In this document: positions 13,962 through 26,565 of the stretch, in pieces
How the letters are laid out: the number at the start of each line of letters is the position of its first letter
Position numbering within the stretch: the first letter of the stretch is position 1
From: Vitrella brassicaformis CCMP3155
Taxonomy: Eukaryota; Protista; Chromerida
Length of the DNA: 64,000 nucleotides
Assembly: GCA_001179505.1 (NCBI GenBank)
Contig: CDMY01000476.1
Coordinates: 5,465-69,464, forward strand
Direction: 5' to 3'
Notes under the pieces: model-generated
Seen by the model: only the letters and a program-made list of their open reading frames with translations
Databases searched by the model: none
Told to the model about the DNA's origin: nothing
Made by a program: the position numbers and the translations under genes

Positions 13962-14102
13962 CACGCTCGCGGCCAGATCTATCGATTCACAGCTATCATG
14001 ATCCACAGATTTACAAGCTCGCCAGATTGCTCCTGGCCTTTTCCACAGTTTTGTCAGCACAGCAAAGGCACGGCAAAGGCCAGGGGGGAGCGGCGGATAT
14101 CG

Positions 14103-16219
14103 ATGATGTTTGACCTGAGCCACGAGGTGCACTTCTCGCAGGACGACTTGCACCCCTGCACGTGCGACGAGGATTTCACACACAGGCTGCTCTTCCAGAC
14201 CAACCCATGGCTCAACAAGCACTTCACCTTCGAGAAACTGCTCGGGGCAGGTAGGTCTGCAAGCCTCATCGATGTGCGTCAGTCGTCTGTTTGCTTGACG
14301 CTGTCTTTGCTTCAGGTGCGTACGGTGTAGTGTACGCCGCGCTCAACAAGGCCCATCCGGCTGCTCGTGTGGGCGAGAGGGTGGCCATCAAGGCCATCAA
14401 CAAGCAGTATGACAGCCAGCAGAACGAGATCAATACCGGCATCGCTCGGACCACCATTCGTACGTGAAGCAGCAGAGCAGAGAGGAGGGGGGAGGGGCGA
14501 CCAGCCTGTGTGTTTGTGTGTTTTTGTCTGTGTGTGTGTGTGTGTGTTTGAGTGTGTGTTTGATTTTCTCCGTTGCAGGTGAAATTGCGCTTCTCCGCCA
14601 CATCTCTGACCACCCCCACGTCGTGTCGCTGCTCGACATCCACCTCACACACGGCGACGGACCACAGACCTTCCTGCTCTTCGGTAGGCAGAGTGCCTCT
14701 TCTCTCACACAGAGATTCGCTCATGTGTGGAGGGGTGTGAGTGGACGTGTTGGTTATGTAGAGTACTGCGACACGGATCTGCGTGAGTACATGGAGAGCT
14801 GCGACGGTCCGCTGCCCTTTGCCACCGTCCGACGCCTGGCATACGAGCTGCTGCTGTCCGTCGCATACCTACACTCCAATGGCGGTACACCTGCAGAAGC
14901 AACGCGACAGCAGCCGAGTGGAGTGGATATGTGTGTGTGGTCTTATTGTGGCTGGCAGTGATGCACCGAGACCTCAAGCCGAGGGTGGCAGAACGAAAGA
15001 ATGGCTACGTTTATTGGTCCTTGTGAATGGATGGATTGACGCATGAATGCAGAACTTGTTGTTGCTCGGCGATCGCCTTGTGGTTGCGGACTTCGGCCTG
15101 GCCAAGATGATCCACCCGCCAATTGCCAAGAAACTCGAAACATCTGTGGTGGGATGGGGTGTGTAGACAACAAAGGGCGACTGGGTGGCGTGGCATGTGT
15201 GAAGGGTCTGTCTTCTCTGTCTGTAGGTGACGCTGCCCTACAGGGCGCCAGAGCTGCTCCTTGGCGCCAAGACCTACACCTGCTCCCTCGACATCTGGTG
15301 GGTTTGTGGGCACATCCCACCTCACTCTATGTCTCTCCGTGTGTGGCTAGGTCTGTGGGTTGTATCGTCGCCGAGCTGTTCACGGGTGTGCCCCTCTTCC
15401 TCAAGGAACGAGCACTCGAGGTTCTCTTCGACATCTACAGCAAGCTCGGCACGCCCACACCCGACACATGGCCAGGCGTCGACCAGCTACCACACTACAG
15501 CACGGTGAGACAGAGAGAGGGAGGGAGGGAGGGAGGCAGGGGGAGAGAGAGAGACAAGCAACCAGAGAGATGCCTTTATGGCGGCCTTTCTCCTTCAGAA
15601 GCATCCCCAATACCGTCGCGACCCTTTTGAGGGCATCCGTCAGGCGATGGAGGAGGCCCACATCATGCAATACCACGGGTGGTTCGCTGACATCACCGAC
15701 ACTCAATTCGACCTGCTGGTGGATCTCGTGTCGAGGTGGGGAGACATAGATGTGGTGGGTGGAGAGAGGGAGAGGTGGGTGACACACGTGTGTGTGTCTG
15801 TGTGTGTGTGTGTGTCAGTATGGTCAGGTGCAGCCCCGCCGACCGTGCCGGTGCCGTAAACCTGCTCACTCACGAGTTCTTCGGTCAGCTAGAGAGATAT
15901 TGATTGAGTATGCCCTTTGCCCACGTCGTGTCTCCTCCTCTCCATGTATGCAGATGGCCTCGACAAGTTGCCCTGCCCCACAACGTTCTACCAAACGTCA
16001 TCGGCTGTACCCCACCCCCACCCCCACCCACACCCGCACCCGCACCAGCTGCCGCCCTCCCTCACCAAGGCCACAGAGCATGACGACGACGTCTGTGTGC
16101 GTGCGTCCAAGCGCATCAAGACGAGCGGCCCTGCCGCAGACGCTGCGTATGTGCGAGCATCGAAGCACATCAAGACGACTGTTCCTGCAGCAGAGCGTGT
16201 GGCGATGGTGGATGGATGA
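14103..16219 (+). CDS. Cyclin-dependent kinase (CMGC), divergent and possibly CDK7-like
   Basis: All catalytic motifs are present: LGAGAYGVVY, VAIK, GIARTTIREIALL (PSTAIRE position), HRDLKPRNLLL, DFGLAK, VTLPYRAPELLLGA, DIWSVGCIVAEL, LGTPTPDTWPGV. The start could instead be ATG 13998. Confidence 0.92.
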
Positions 16220-16590
16220 GTTGATGTGGGTGTAAGTGGGTGGAGGAATGCTGCGTGTTTGGATGCGTGTGGACCCACAATGTGCTGTGGGTGACTAGAC
16301 TGGACAGTTAGACATGCATCGCACATCAACGTGTCTGTGGTGTTGTTGTCTTTGCGAGCAATTGGCCGTCCAATACAAGGAGACATCCGCCCGTCGGCAC
16401 ATCTACACGCATATATACAACACACCCGGCTGCCTCACACGCTGAATGCACGTAGCCATGTTGGCTGCAGAAACAACAGAGAGCGACTCCGCGCATATAA
16501 ACAGCAGACACAATATCTACATGTCCATCCATGCCGTCTACAGACCCACCTCGCCCAGCGCCCCTACGTAAGCTTCTCCTCTCTGTTTCT

Positions 16591-17514
16591 CTACAGATCG
16601 TAGCCCTTCATGGTCCACGTAACGGACCCCCTGCCTTTGCTTGCATAAGTCTCGAGCAAGATCTCCTCTCCCGCGGCAATCTCAGCCGTCGCCACAATGT
16701 CAATCCTGAAGAACCAGTCATCCCCCGACTCCTCATCACTTGACTCTCTGTGGTTGTCCCATATGCTCGACCGCTGCCCTCTGCGCCTCCGTGCCCTCTT
16801 CTTCCCTCTCCCACAGAAGAGATGTGTCTCGGTGTCTGTCATTGGTCTCATGCGGCCGTCGGGCTCTCCACGCGCATACTCACACCGCCTGCATGGCAGG
16901 AAGAGAGAGATACAGAGAGGGAGAGAGAGAGAGAGATGGTGTCTCGGAGTGTGTCGTGTATGGTCACCATGTGACGTTGTGGGCTTCTGGCGGCGGGTGT
17001 GCGACGTTGATGACGGCTCCGACATGGATGTCAGGCGATGCCCAGATGCACTCCCTGTCCGCCCATATTTTGTACAGGCGATAGGGAGGGGTCTGACACG
17101 AATCACCACGGGTCTGGCCGAGCCTGTTTCTCAGACACGTCAGGACGTCATCGTCACGCATGGCCGCCGGGAACCGGTAGCCGTCGACAGAGTGGATGAC
17201 CTCGCCCTTCTTGCGAGGCACGGCAGTGAAGAGCCCCCTCTCCGCCCTGCCGTCGTGCTTTGCCACGCTTGAATGGTCGACGAATGTCTTTGTCTGGTGC
17301 AGCTTGGCAAGCAGAGCCACATATGAGCCCGATAGGCTGCAGTTGAGGAGATGGTGCGGGTCGACCTCCGTGGCCAGGGGGTGGCTGCGAAATCGCAGGG
17401 GGCTCCGACGGGGATCCGATGCGTCGTGCTCTTCCAAGACGTTGGGAAAGGGGGATGGATGGGGCTGGCGGGCAATGCAACGCGCACGCGGCCGAGCTCC
17501 GCGCAGGCCAGCAC
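16591..17514 (-). CDS. SET-domain protein (putative lysine methyltransferase); 5' end unresolved
   Basis: SET-N motif SSVAKHDGRAERGLFTAVPRKKGEVI, central GAVINVAH and SET-C motif IVATAEIAAGEEILLETY. Confidence 0.7.
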
Positions 17515-17815
17515 TCTTCATCTCTGGTGGATGTCCGACTCCAAGGAGCAACTGCCGGAGAGTGTCTGCAACAGACACACCCACCACACGTCGGGCAGAG
17601 CACACAATCGTGCTTGTACATGGCCTTGCAATGCAAACCTCGAATATAATAAATGGGAGGAAGGGCAGGCGAGCTAATTGATGGCGCACACACTGGCCGT
17701 TGAGAACTGTTCCGTCGGCCGTTGAAATTGGTACCCGCGGATTTGCCGGCGGGACCTAGCGACTCCCGTCGCCAGTCGCAGTGACCGACTAGGACACCTG
17801 CACGTTCCCCTGACC

Positions 17816-20800
17816 ATGGCTGCTGCTCTCACCATTGCCAAGATGCTCTTCCTGCCCTCGCCCAAGATGTCCCTGATCATTCCCTCGCTTCACTACGATG
17901 ACAACGAGCTGGAGGCGGCTTTTGCCGACAGAAAACGGTCACTCTCGCGCAGAGCCATCGTGGTATGGACACACAACCCCACACACTTCGGTGCGCTCCT
18001 CCTACTGCCCTGCACCTTTTCTTTGTGCTCAGGTGCATTTCTTCTGCTATGGAATGCTGCTGTTTTCCCGCCAACTCATCTTCATTTCGGAGAGTGAGGA
18101 CTGGTGGCGGCTGCTGAAGCTCCACACGCCATTGGGACAGCAGTTCCTGCTTTCCTGCTGCGTGACTTTCACTGTGATGGCCCTGGGCATCTATTGCTCC
18201 CTTCTGGCGGTAGGAAAGGGCAGCAGGGTCACCTGGCTGCAGATTTGTTTGTGGTCGTCTGTCGTGGCAGAGAAGCGGCTCTCGATGCCGGTCGCCCCAG
18301 ATGCTGTACTACGTATGCCTCACGCCTTTGTGCATGGTCATCCACTCGGACGTCTTTCGGCAGGAAGTGATGGACCTGCTGCCCTTCCAAGAGAGCGTGG
18401 AGCCCTGCACATACTGCATGATGTATGTGCGTGTAGGAGAGACGGCTGCTTACATAGCTGAGAGTCAATCTCTCTGTCTGCGTGTGTTTATATGTGTGGC
18501 CGCAGAGTGGTATCAGCCTGTTTTCTTCACGTTTTCTTCTTCGACATCGTCCGCATGCTGCCCTCGTTCGCCATCTTTGGCCAATGGGTGCTGCCCTGGC
18601 TCGTCTTTGGCTCCAATACCTCCAAGCTCGCTGCCTACATGCAGCACCCTTTCACCGTCTATAGGATGCTTACCATCGCCACGTTGGGCTCATGGGTCGG
18701 TGGGCGGAGAGATTGGCGCGAAGCAAATGCGAACGACGTGTGTTGTGGCTGGTTTGTCTGTGTGAGCAGATAATAGTGACGGTATTCGTCCACGAGAAGG
18801 AGCAGAGGCGCACGTTCCGTCTGGAGGAAGAAGACAGACGCCGGCAGAAGCAGAGAGAAATGGTGTACGCAAAGACTTCACATGAGCTCAAAACCAAGTA
18901 AGGCTCGAGACGGGCAGACAGCCTTGTAAGGCTCGAGACGGGCAGACAGGCTTTGCGCGACGGTCGGAGTGCGCATCGATCCATGTATGAATGGCAGCAT
19001 TCACCTCATTTCGCTGCGGAAGGAGCTCTTGGGCGAGACACTGACCAGTTCGGACCGCCCGGTGCCACGATCGACACTGTCGAAGGCCATGAAGGACATA
19101 CACTCAATCCAACTGGTCTGCTCCACAGTGCAAATTGTGACACATATCACATGTGTATGCCGGGATGTATGTGTTATCAGGAGACCGAGGATTTGAAGAC
19201 CACGGTGTTGGGGATTCTGGAGTTCGCGAGAGCCAGAGACAGAAAAGAGCCCGTATCGAACGCTGTCGTGGGTAGGAAGGACCCTCCATGTGTGTGGTGT
19301 GCATGGTGGGAATGGACCTTTCTTCTGTTGATGAATGCATTGATGTCTCCTTCAGGCGGTGGTGTGCTGACTTTCTTCTCCCCCGTGAACCTCTATCGCG
19401 CCCTCGTCGATAAGCTTTCACTGCTGGCAGCGTGCAACGGTCGGTTTATAAGAGAACAAACACAGCGGTCGGTCGGTTGATATTGAGGATACATCTGTGC
19501 CCGCATACCAACGTGTAGGCAACAAGCTGTCGATGGGTGTGGAGATGTGTGGGTGGGATGGCGACTTTCCGGACGTCACTGAGGAGTCGGTCATGGTCTA
19601 TGGCGACGCCACCATGTTCCTCGTCGTGGTTAGCAAGACAGGGCGGGACAGAGGGAGGGAGAGGGACACAGGGCCAAGGATGGTGTGAATGGGATGTCAG
19701 GGGCGTAACTACATCACCAACAGCATCAAGTACTGTGCAGACGGCGTGATAGACCTCACTCTCAAGGTGGTGCTCCTGTCTTGCGGCGACGAGGGGGACG
19801 GCGATGCTAAGAAGATGACTGTGCGAGTCGATATGGAAGGTACGGCACAGACATGTGGATGGATTGAGGCCGGGATGCAGGTCTGTATGTATACTGTCTG
19901 AGTGCTGTGGTCGTTTCAGTCAAGGACACGGGCATAGGCATTCCAAAGGACAAGCTCAAGTCCGTCTTCCAACCCTATGTGCAAGCAGGTGAGACATATC
20001 ATTCAAAGGCGACCTAACTGCCTTCTCTCCCTCCCTCCCTCCCTTTCTCCCTCCAGGTGGCGTGACATCGAAGACCTTCTCGACCCACGGTCTCGGCCTG
20101 TCGACAGTGCAAGACGTTGCCCAGTCCCTCACCAACGGCAGAGTGTGGGCCGATTCGGACGGTCCCGGCACGGGAGCCTCATTCCACTTCACCGCTGAAT
20201 ACCAGGCACAGGTAGGCTGCATGAACGAAGATGCGTGCAGAGGGCCACACAAATGTCTTCAGCTGAAACAACTGCCGCCCACCCTGGGGGCGGTCGAGGA
20301 ATGCGACAGCGAGGAGCAGCGTGAGGAGACGGCTTCAAAGAGCCTCTCGGTCCAGGGTGCCAGCAGCGAAGAGCAGAAAGACAGCAGTGGCACCATTTGT
20401 GACGTCAACAGCAGGTGGCCTAAGTGATCACACACCCGCACTTGTCTGCCTGTTTGTGTGTGTGTGTGGGCTGCTTTGGTTTGGCTGGTGCATGGCATGC
20501 AGTGTGTCGTCCGGGCGGGACATCTCTGGGCGTCACGTCCTCCTTGTGGATGACATGCCCTTCATCCTGTCGATGCAGTCGTCATTCCTGGCCACACAGG
20601 GCGTCAAGAAAGACAATGTAAGTGGGTGGGATCCCGAGACATCAGCGCTCATCCCTTTGTGTGTCTGTGCGTGCGTGCGTGGCCACCAGATTTTTACCGC
20701 GCTTGACGGCATGTAGGACACCCAACACGTGCACAGGCCCCGCCGACTGCACTTATCTGCCTGTGTGTTCTCATTCTTGCAGATCTGCGCTCGAGTCCGT

Positions 20801-21603
20801 GCGAGACAAGATGCTCAGCGAGGGGCGGCTCTTCGACCTCATTCTCACCGACCTGGAAATGCCCAAACTGAATGGAATCGACTTTGCAAAGTACAAGCAG
20901 CCGCCTGCGAAAGCTCTGCACACATCTTCGTCTCTCCGTCTGTGTGGGTGCACGCAGACGAGTCCACATGGCCTTCTGCGAGCTGGCGGCCGACGAGTCG
21001 CCACTGCCGAAGACGCCCGTCACGGGCATCATCTGGCCAGCCGGTGCATTCACAGAGCGCACGCCACTCGTGGCATTTCACATGTGCATCTTCGCGTGTG
21101 TGCGTCGTCTTCTGTGTCTGCAGGTGTGTCGTCCGGCTCGACCCTCACCGTGCCTTCCCTTGAGATGCTGACGCCGACGACCCCTCCGTCGAGCACCCGC
21201 ACTTTGCTCGATGACGACAAGAGCCACAGCCAGAGCCACTTGGGCGAAAGCCCGCTTGACCAACTGATCGGCAAGCTGTCGACCGAGAGGATTTCCGCCG
21301 TGTTTGACAGAATTATTTGACAGAATTATCAACCTGACGGACGAAGAACAGCAGCAGGAAACCGGCGGCGTCACCACTCTGTTTGAGTACCAGCTGCCGC
21401 TCGTGTTGGTCTCTGGTACGTGACCTCATTTCATTCGCTCGCTGCCTCCCCCAATCCCATCCCTGCCTGTGCGCGTGTGTGTCTCTGCAGGCGCGTCCAA
21501 GAGCGAGTTGGAAGAGATCGAGTCGACGGGTTTGTCCGCTAGGGTGGTTGAGAAGGGAGGGGTGAACCAGATCAAAGACCTCGTCAGAGACATGCTCACA
21601 TAG
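17816..21603 (+). CDS. Membrane-bound hybrid sensor histidine kinase (multi-TM, HisKA, HATPase_c, receiver)
   Basis: H-box TSHELKT (18874-18895), N-box NYITNSIKY, G1 VKDTGIGIP, F-box VFQPYVQ and G2 THGLGLS..GRVWADSDGPGTGASFHF. The receiver has LLVDD, FDLILTDLEMPKLNG, LPLVLVSG and VVEKGG. Hydrophobic exons occupy 18030-18700. Confidence 0.9.
18898..18949 (+). repeat. Tandem duplication of a 24-bp GTAAG...CAG unit (28-bp period) at an intron donor
   Basis: gtaaggctcgagacgggcagacag occurs at 18898-18921 and 18926-18949. Confidence 0.95.
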
Positions 21604-22019
21604 ATGGAGCGTCTGTCTGTAATGGCGTGGAGGGATTGAGGGAGGGAGGGAGGGAGGAGCGTGGCTGTCCTGCAGTCCATGTGGGTCTGCACGTGCCTCT
21701 GTCTGTATTTGGAGTATTTAGTTTGGTGTCTGCACACACACATCAGGCAATACGCCGCAATTCTCTTTTTCCTAGGGTGGATGTCTGTCTGTGTGGTTGG
21801 GTGGGAGGCTCGTCTGTGTCTCGTTGATCGACGATTTAGTTGACGGGTGGGTGGGTGGGTGCATTTTTCGCCCTTTGTGTGTTGTGTGTGTCTGTTGGTG
21901 GCGTGATGCGGCTGATTAGGCGTGCAGATAGAACGACGCGAGACTGATGGCGGCACACACGGACTTTCTACTGTTGTATGAATGAAGAGACGGTGAACGG
22001 TGAAGGGTTGAGAGGACGC

Positions 22020-22475
22020 CATCTAATATCACATCGGTCCATCCATCGGTTTGTCCGTCCACACACACACACACACAGACATTCAGACACACACACACAC
22101 ACTTACATAAACACCACACCACACCCCACCGCGTCACCGCACATACATCACGTTCGTGAGCGTCTTGTGACTGATCGACGTCTGTCAGGTGAGTACATGG
22201 ATGGATGGATGGATGGGCAGTGGATCGGGTGCTTTTTCTCTGGGCGTCATGTGTGCTGTGTTCTCGTGTACGCGGCGGCTCACGAGATGTTGGTTGAATG
22301 GTGAAGCCAATACAAGATAGATGCCCTCAATCACATCAGCATATCGATCCGGCCATCCATCGGTCCGTCCACACACACACACACACACCTTCAGACACAC
22401 ATAAACACCACACACACGCGTGCATGTAACAACAATACATCACATTCGTGAGTGTCTTGACCGACTGACGTGACG
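22020..22475. repeat. Imperfect intergenic direct repeat (~150 bp units, ~315 bp apart) containing (CA)n
   Basis: ccatccatcgg..tccgtcc(ac)n..ttcagacacac..ataaacaccacac..tacatcac(g/a)ttcgtgag(c/t)gtcttg occurs at about 22035-22175 and 22350-22465. Confidence 0.8.
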
Positions 22476-22592
22476 TACCCACACCGACTGGCTGACCGAC
22501 CGACTGACTGGCTCAACCCCCATGCCACCCAAACACAACACCAAACAATCGTACCAAATCAAATCACCACCTCTCCTCGCCCATCGCATTGA

Positions 22593-25500
22593 TTATCCCC
22601 CCCGCCCCCCATTCGCAATGTTATCGCGCAGCAGCCCCATCGAGTCGCCGTCAGATGACCCGCCCATAGAGTCGCTCCGCTGGCTCAGCGGCTGGGGCCC
22701 ACTGCCACCCATGCCCATCGTCATCTCGACATCGCTCTTGGTGCTGCTGCTGCTGTCACGAGACGAGGGCGAGGGATAGTAGCTCTTGGTGCCCCTGCCG
22801 AAGGACCTCCTGCCGGTCATCGGCAGCAAGGCGTTCCCCTGACCGGGCGATTGCGTCACGCTGGTGGTGATGGGCGTGTGTGTATGGGAGTGGGGCCCGC
22901 TGAGAGACGGCTGGGTGCTGTGTGTGCCACTGCGGGCGGCTCCGCCTGTGTCTGACGGCCGCTCGACGCCCAGCTGCTGCAGGCGTCGCTGCCTTTCTCG
23001 GGCCAGGATGGCCCGGCCCTCCTGTGCGTCGGTGAGCTGCCCCGCCAGCGTGTCGGATGTGCCCGAGAAGACGTCAAATTCAAGAGACCGTAAACCCAAA
23101 AGACGAACAAACCGCTGCACACAATCACACACACAATCACACACACACACACAGAGGAACATGTGGTGACACAGATGGATGGGAGGCTGGAGGCCAGTCG
23201 TATGTATGTGTGTATGTGTGTATGTGTGCGCGTGTGGCCAGCTACCTGATACAGATTGAGCAGATTGACGATTGCGAGGAGGACGACAGCAATGGGGAAG
23301 TAGAGGTTGAGCTCGTCACTCCCAAACACAGGCACCACCCGCATCTGGCCGTAGAGCCCCTCGAAGGCCGTGTTGGGCACGTCGGCCAGCAGCACGAAGT
23401 GGAAGCACACGGGGGCGGCCAGTCGGCAGAAGGCGGCCGTGCAGAAGATGAGGCTGTTGGTGTCCGTGTTGTGGTTGGTGTACAGCCCGTACCACCCCGC
23501 CAGCTTGAGCTGGAACACGCCCCAGTAGGACGTCATCACCATGTAAGTCAGCAGAGTCAGAATCAGCGTGTGCAGCCCAAACAGACGGGCGGATTGCGAG
23601 GCAGACGACGAATCGTGCGGAGAAGTAGAGGGCGGGGGAGAGGGGGCCGTGGTGGGTTGGGCTGGAGACGATGAGCTGTCTTCGTCAGCCGTGGTCGCCT
23701 CCTCTGTGTCGTGATCCCCGAGGCGCCTCCGATATCGCTCCATGTCCCTCAGGTCGAAGAGCTCGGGCACCACAAGCGCAGCCGACTCGTCAATGTCCTT
23801 TTCCATCTGCAGTGGGCCGCCGGCATCGTCCATCATGCGGGGGTGAGGCTCCAGCCGGTCTGCGTCTGGCTCGTCTGCCCCGCCCACCACGTCCACCTCC
23901 ACACCCATATCCACATCAACGGGCAAGAGAGAGGACGAGTTGCCAATAGCGTCTTCCTCAAAGTCGATGCTGTCCTCGCTGTCGTCCTCATCGATGCCCC
24001 ACTCCCGCAGCAGCGCATCTGCCGTCGTGTTGGCCGCATCCACAGGAAGAGAGAGAAGGGATGACACATTGCGAGCAGACGGCTGAATGGGCTCGCTGCC
24101 GTTGGGGTGGGAGCTGGGCGGCTCGATGGGGGCGGCGGCAGGTTCTCGCGGCACGGTTGCGTGGATGGCCCATGCAAGAGGGGAGAGGTTGACCTTGTCC
24201 TGGGCGAACATGCTCGCCTCGCCGACCAGGATGGCCAGGCTGAGGATGGCCGCCGTCACACCCGCCATGAGGCAGACCGGCCGCCTCAGCTTCTTGTGCC
24301 ACAGGGTCATCATCCGCCGCCTCTGCCGGCGACACCACGGCCCCTGCATGAAACACAGGGTGCCCCCCACGATCGCGGGCAGCGACCTGCTGCGGTGCAC
24401 GCCGGCCGTCTCGGGATCCATCGGAGGAGACAGCATCATCGATGTGGCTGTGCCGCCCGAGCCGTTCACAGCTGCTGCTGATGATGGGGCCGCGCGTGTG
24501 GGGTCGGGAAGGAAGTAGCCAAAGTCGAGGAGCTCTTCGTGCAGCGGGCAGTCCTCATGCAGAGCGTCGTCGACCAGGTCCTCCAGGAGAAAGCACGTCT
24601 GGCAGAAGCGCTTCCATCGACACTCGGCGCGCTCTGCCTCCGCAAGACACCTCTTGACATCGGCCCGCAGGTTGATCAGCCGCTCCCGGCCGATGTCGCG
24701 GCTGGTGGTGGTCTCGCGGTCGCGGGCGGAACCGGACACGCTGCTCCCGCCCCCTGCGCGTGCCAGTGGGTGCCTCTCAACCATGTCGACCAGCTCGTCG
24801 ACGTAGGGTCGGAGGGGGGATGATGGGTTGGTCTGCGATGCGACGGATCGGACCTTGCGGACGGCCTCGAGGAAGTCGTACTTGGCGCACAGCCTGGCCT
24901 CCTCGAGAGTGGTCGCCTTGATGCAGTGCTCGTACAGCATCTGGGAAGGGTTGGCCAGCTTGAACAGATGGCGGGGGATTGCGATAAGGCCATAACCTGA
25001 ACAGCACAACACAACACGGGCAACAATGATGGGTGAGAGCTCCTAGCCGCTCTGAGTCCTTGCTGTAGAGGCGGACCGAGTAGCAGTGTGATGGCAAAGA
25101 GTCCCCATGTGTTTGCGATGGCGATGATGAGCCCCGACCAGTGTGTAGAAAAGTCCCCCTTGGGCGTGAAGCCCATGTATAGCGTCACCAGTGACGTGAC
25201 CAGCAGGATGGCCATGTAGAACAGCAGGTTCTTGCGCAGCGCACGCTTCAGTCGGTCACGGAACGTGAAATCACCGGCCCTCTCGTACTGATTGACATGA
25301 CAGATATCGTCATAAACCAGCCATCAGGTTGTGTGCGTGTAGGTGGCCACCTCTGCGAGAATGGGATATAGTATCCAGCAGAGAGCGAAGACGGTCCAGT
25401 ACATGGCCTCCCACGCCTGTGGGAGGCCCTCAGTCGCCGATGGTGGTGATGATGCACCACCACCACCAACTGCTGACGAGCCCCCTGCAGCAGCCGTGAG

Positions 25501-25762
25501 AGTCAGCACCATGTCCAATGGCAGCGTCACCAGGATCGACAGAGATAGCACCAGACCTGAACACACAGCCAACACATCAGGAGGGAGCAGTGGCAGCCGA
25601 GACTGTGTGATTGGTTGTCTTTGTTGACCGACCTGAGAGTATGGCGAAGAAGGCGATCCATGAAACGTCGTGCCTTGCGTGGTGGGCGAGGACCAGCCAG
25701 CAGGACACCAGCAGCTCCAGGATGGTGGCCAGCGTCGTCACCACCTCCACCGACGCAAGCAT
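22593..25762 (-). CDS. LMBR1-like (LMBR1/LIMR family) multi-pass membrane protein
   Basis: LMBR1 hallmarks: LVTLPLDM, WEAMYWTVFALCWILYPIL..YERAGDFTFRDRLKRALRKNLLFY, ANTWGLFAITLLLGYGLIAIPRHLF, TDTNSLIFCTAAFCRLAAPVCFHF, TAFEGLYGQM. Confidence 0.9.
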
Positions 25763-25802
25763 CTCGGTTACTCGGTTTCGGCTGGCAATTAGGCAACGAT
25801 AG

Positions 25803-26565
25803 ATGCTAACCTCGAGCCATCACACCAGCACGGCCAAGCTCTGGTATTGGGTTCAGATTCACAGCGAGCTAATTCTCGACGGACGAGACAAGCTCGCACC
25901 AGGAAGGAGAATGAGGAGGACGGGTGGAAGCCCCGTCAGCGCTCCCGCTCACGCTCCCCTCAGCGCAGCCGTTCCACCCATGACGGCCGGCCGTCCAGGG
26001 ATGTGTCACTTCTCCAGAGTATCAACTTCGACGGTACTCAAAATGCAGGCTGATGGTTTGACATATCCACTTCACCGTGTGTGGGACGTCCCGAAAGGAC
26101 TCGACGTACGCCGCACTGTACGGATGAGCATTCACTCTCTTGCACATGGGTGTGTCTCAGCGGATTTTGCGGCGGCTCGTCAAGCATGAGGGCGGAGAAA
26201 CGGTGGCCAAGTGCCGCAAAGTCGAGTCGCTCGGGCTGTTCCTGATCCAGCTGTGCGGCAACAAGGCGGTGGCAATGCAGAAGCTGATCAACACACAAGG
26301 ACAGGTCGTCGAGTACGCCACTACAGCGTACTCGGTAAGTACCACTGACTGCCTGCCTGTGATTGTGGCGAACTGCTGACCTAGGCTATGCCTCTTGCTT
26401 GTTGTATTGCCTGCAGGTAAACATCACGCATGCCACCCCAGAGAGCAAGGATGAAAAACCACACTGGAGGAGCACGTGATGGGCCCGATGTGGCGGCAGT
26501 CCAGCCGGCTGCACCAGGTCGACGTGTCGATCGTGCCGCACAACAAATGCTGGCACGCCTTGTAG
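25803..26565 (+). pseudogene. Hypothetical gene, probably frameshifted; its 3' 35 codons are paralogous to the tail of the TGS1-like gene
   Basis: Coding-like exons (26050-26117, ~26160-26334, 26417-26565) have GT-AG boundaries. The spliced frame stops at ..KPHWRST*. The shifted frame after an A5 run reads TTLEEHVMGPMWRQSSRLHQVDVSIVPHNKCWHAL*. Confidence 0.4.
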
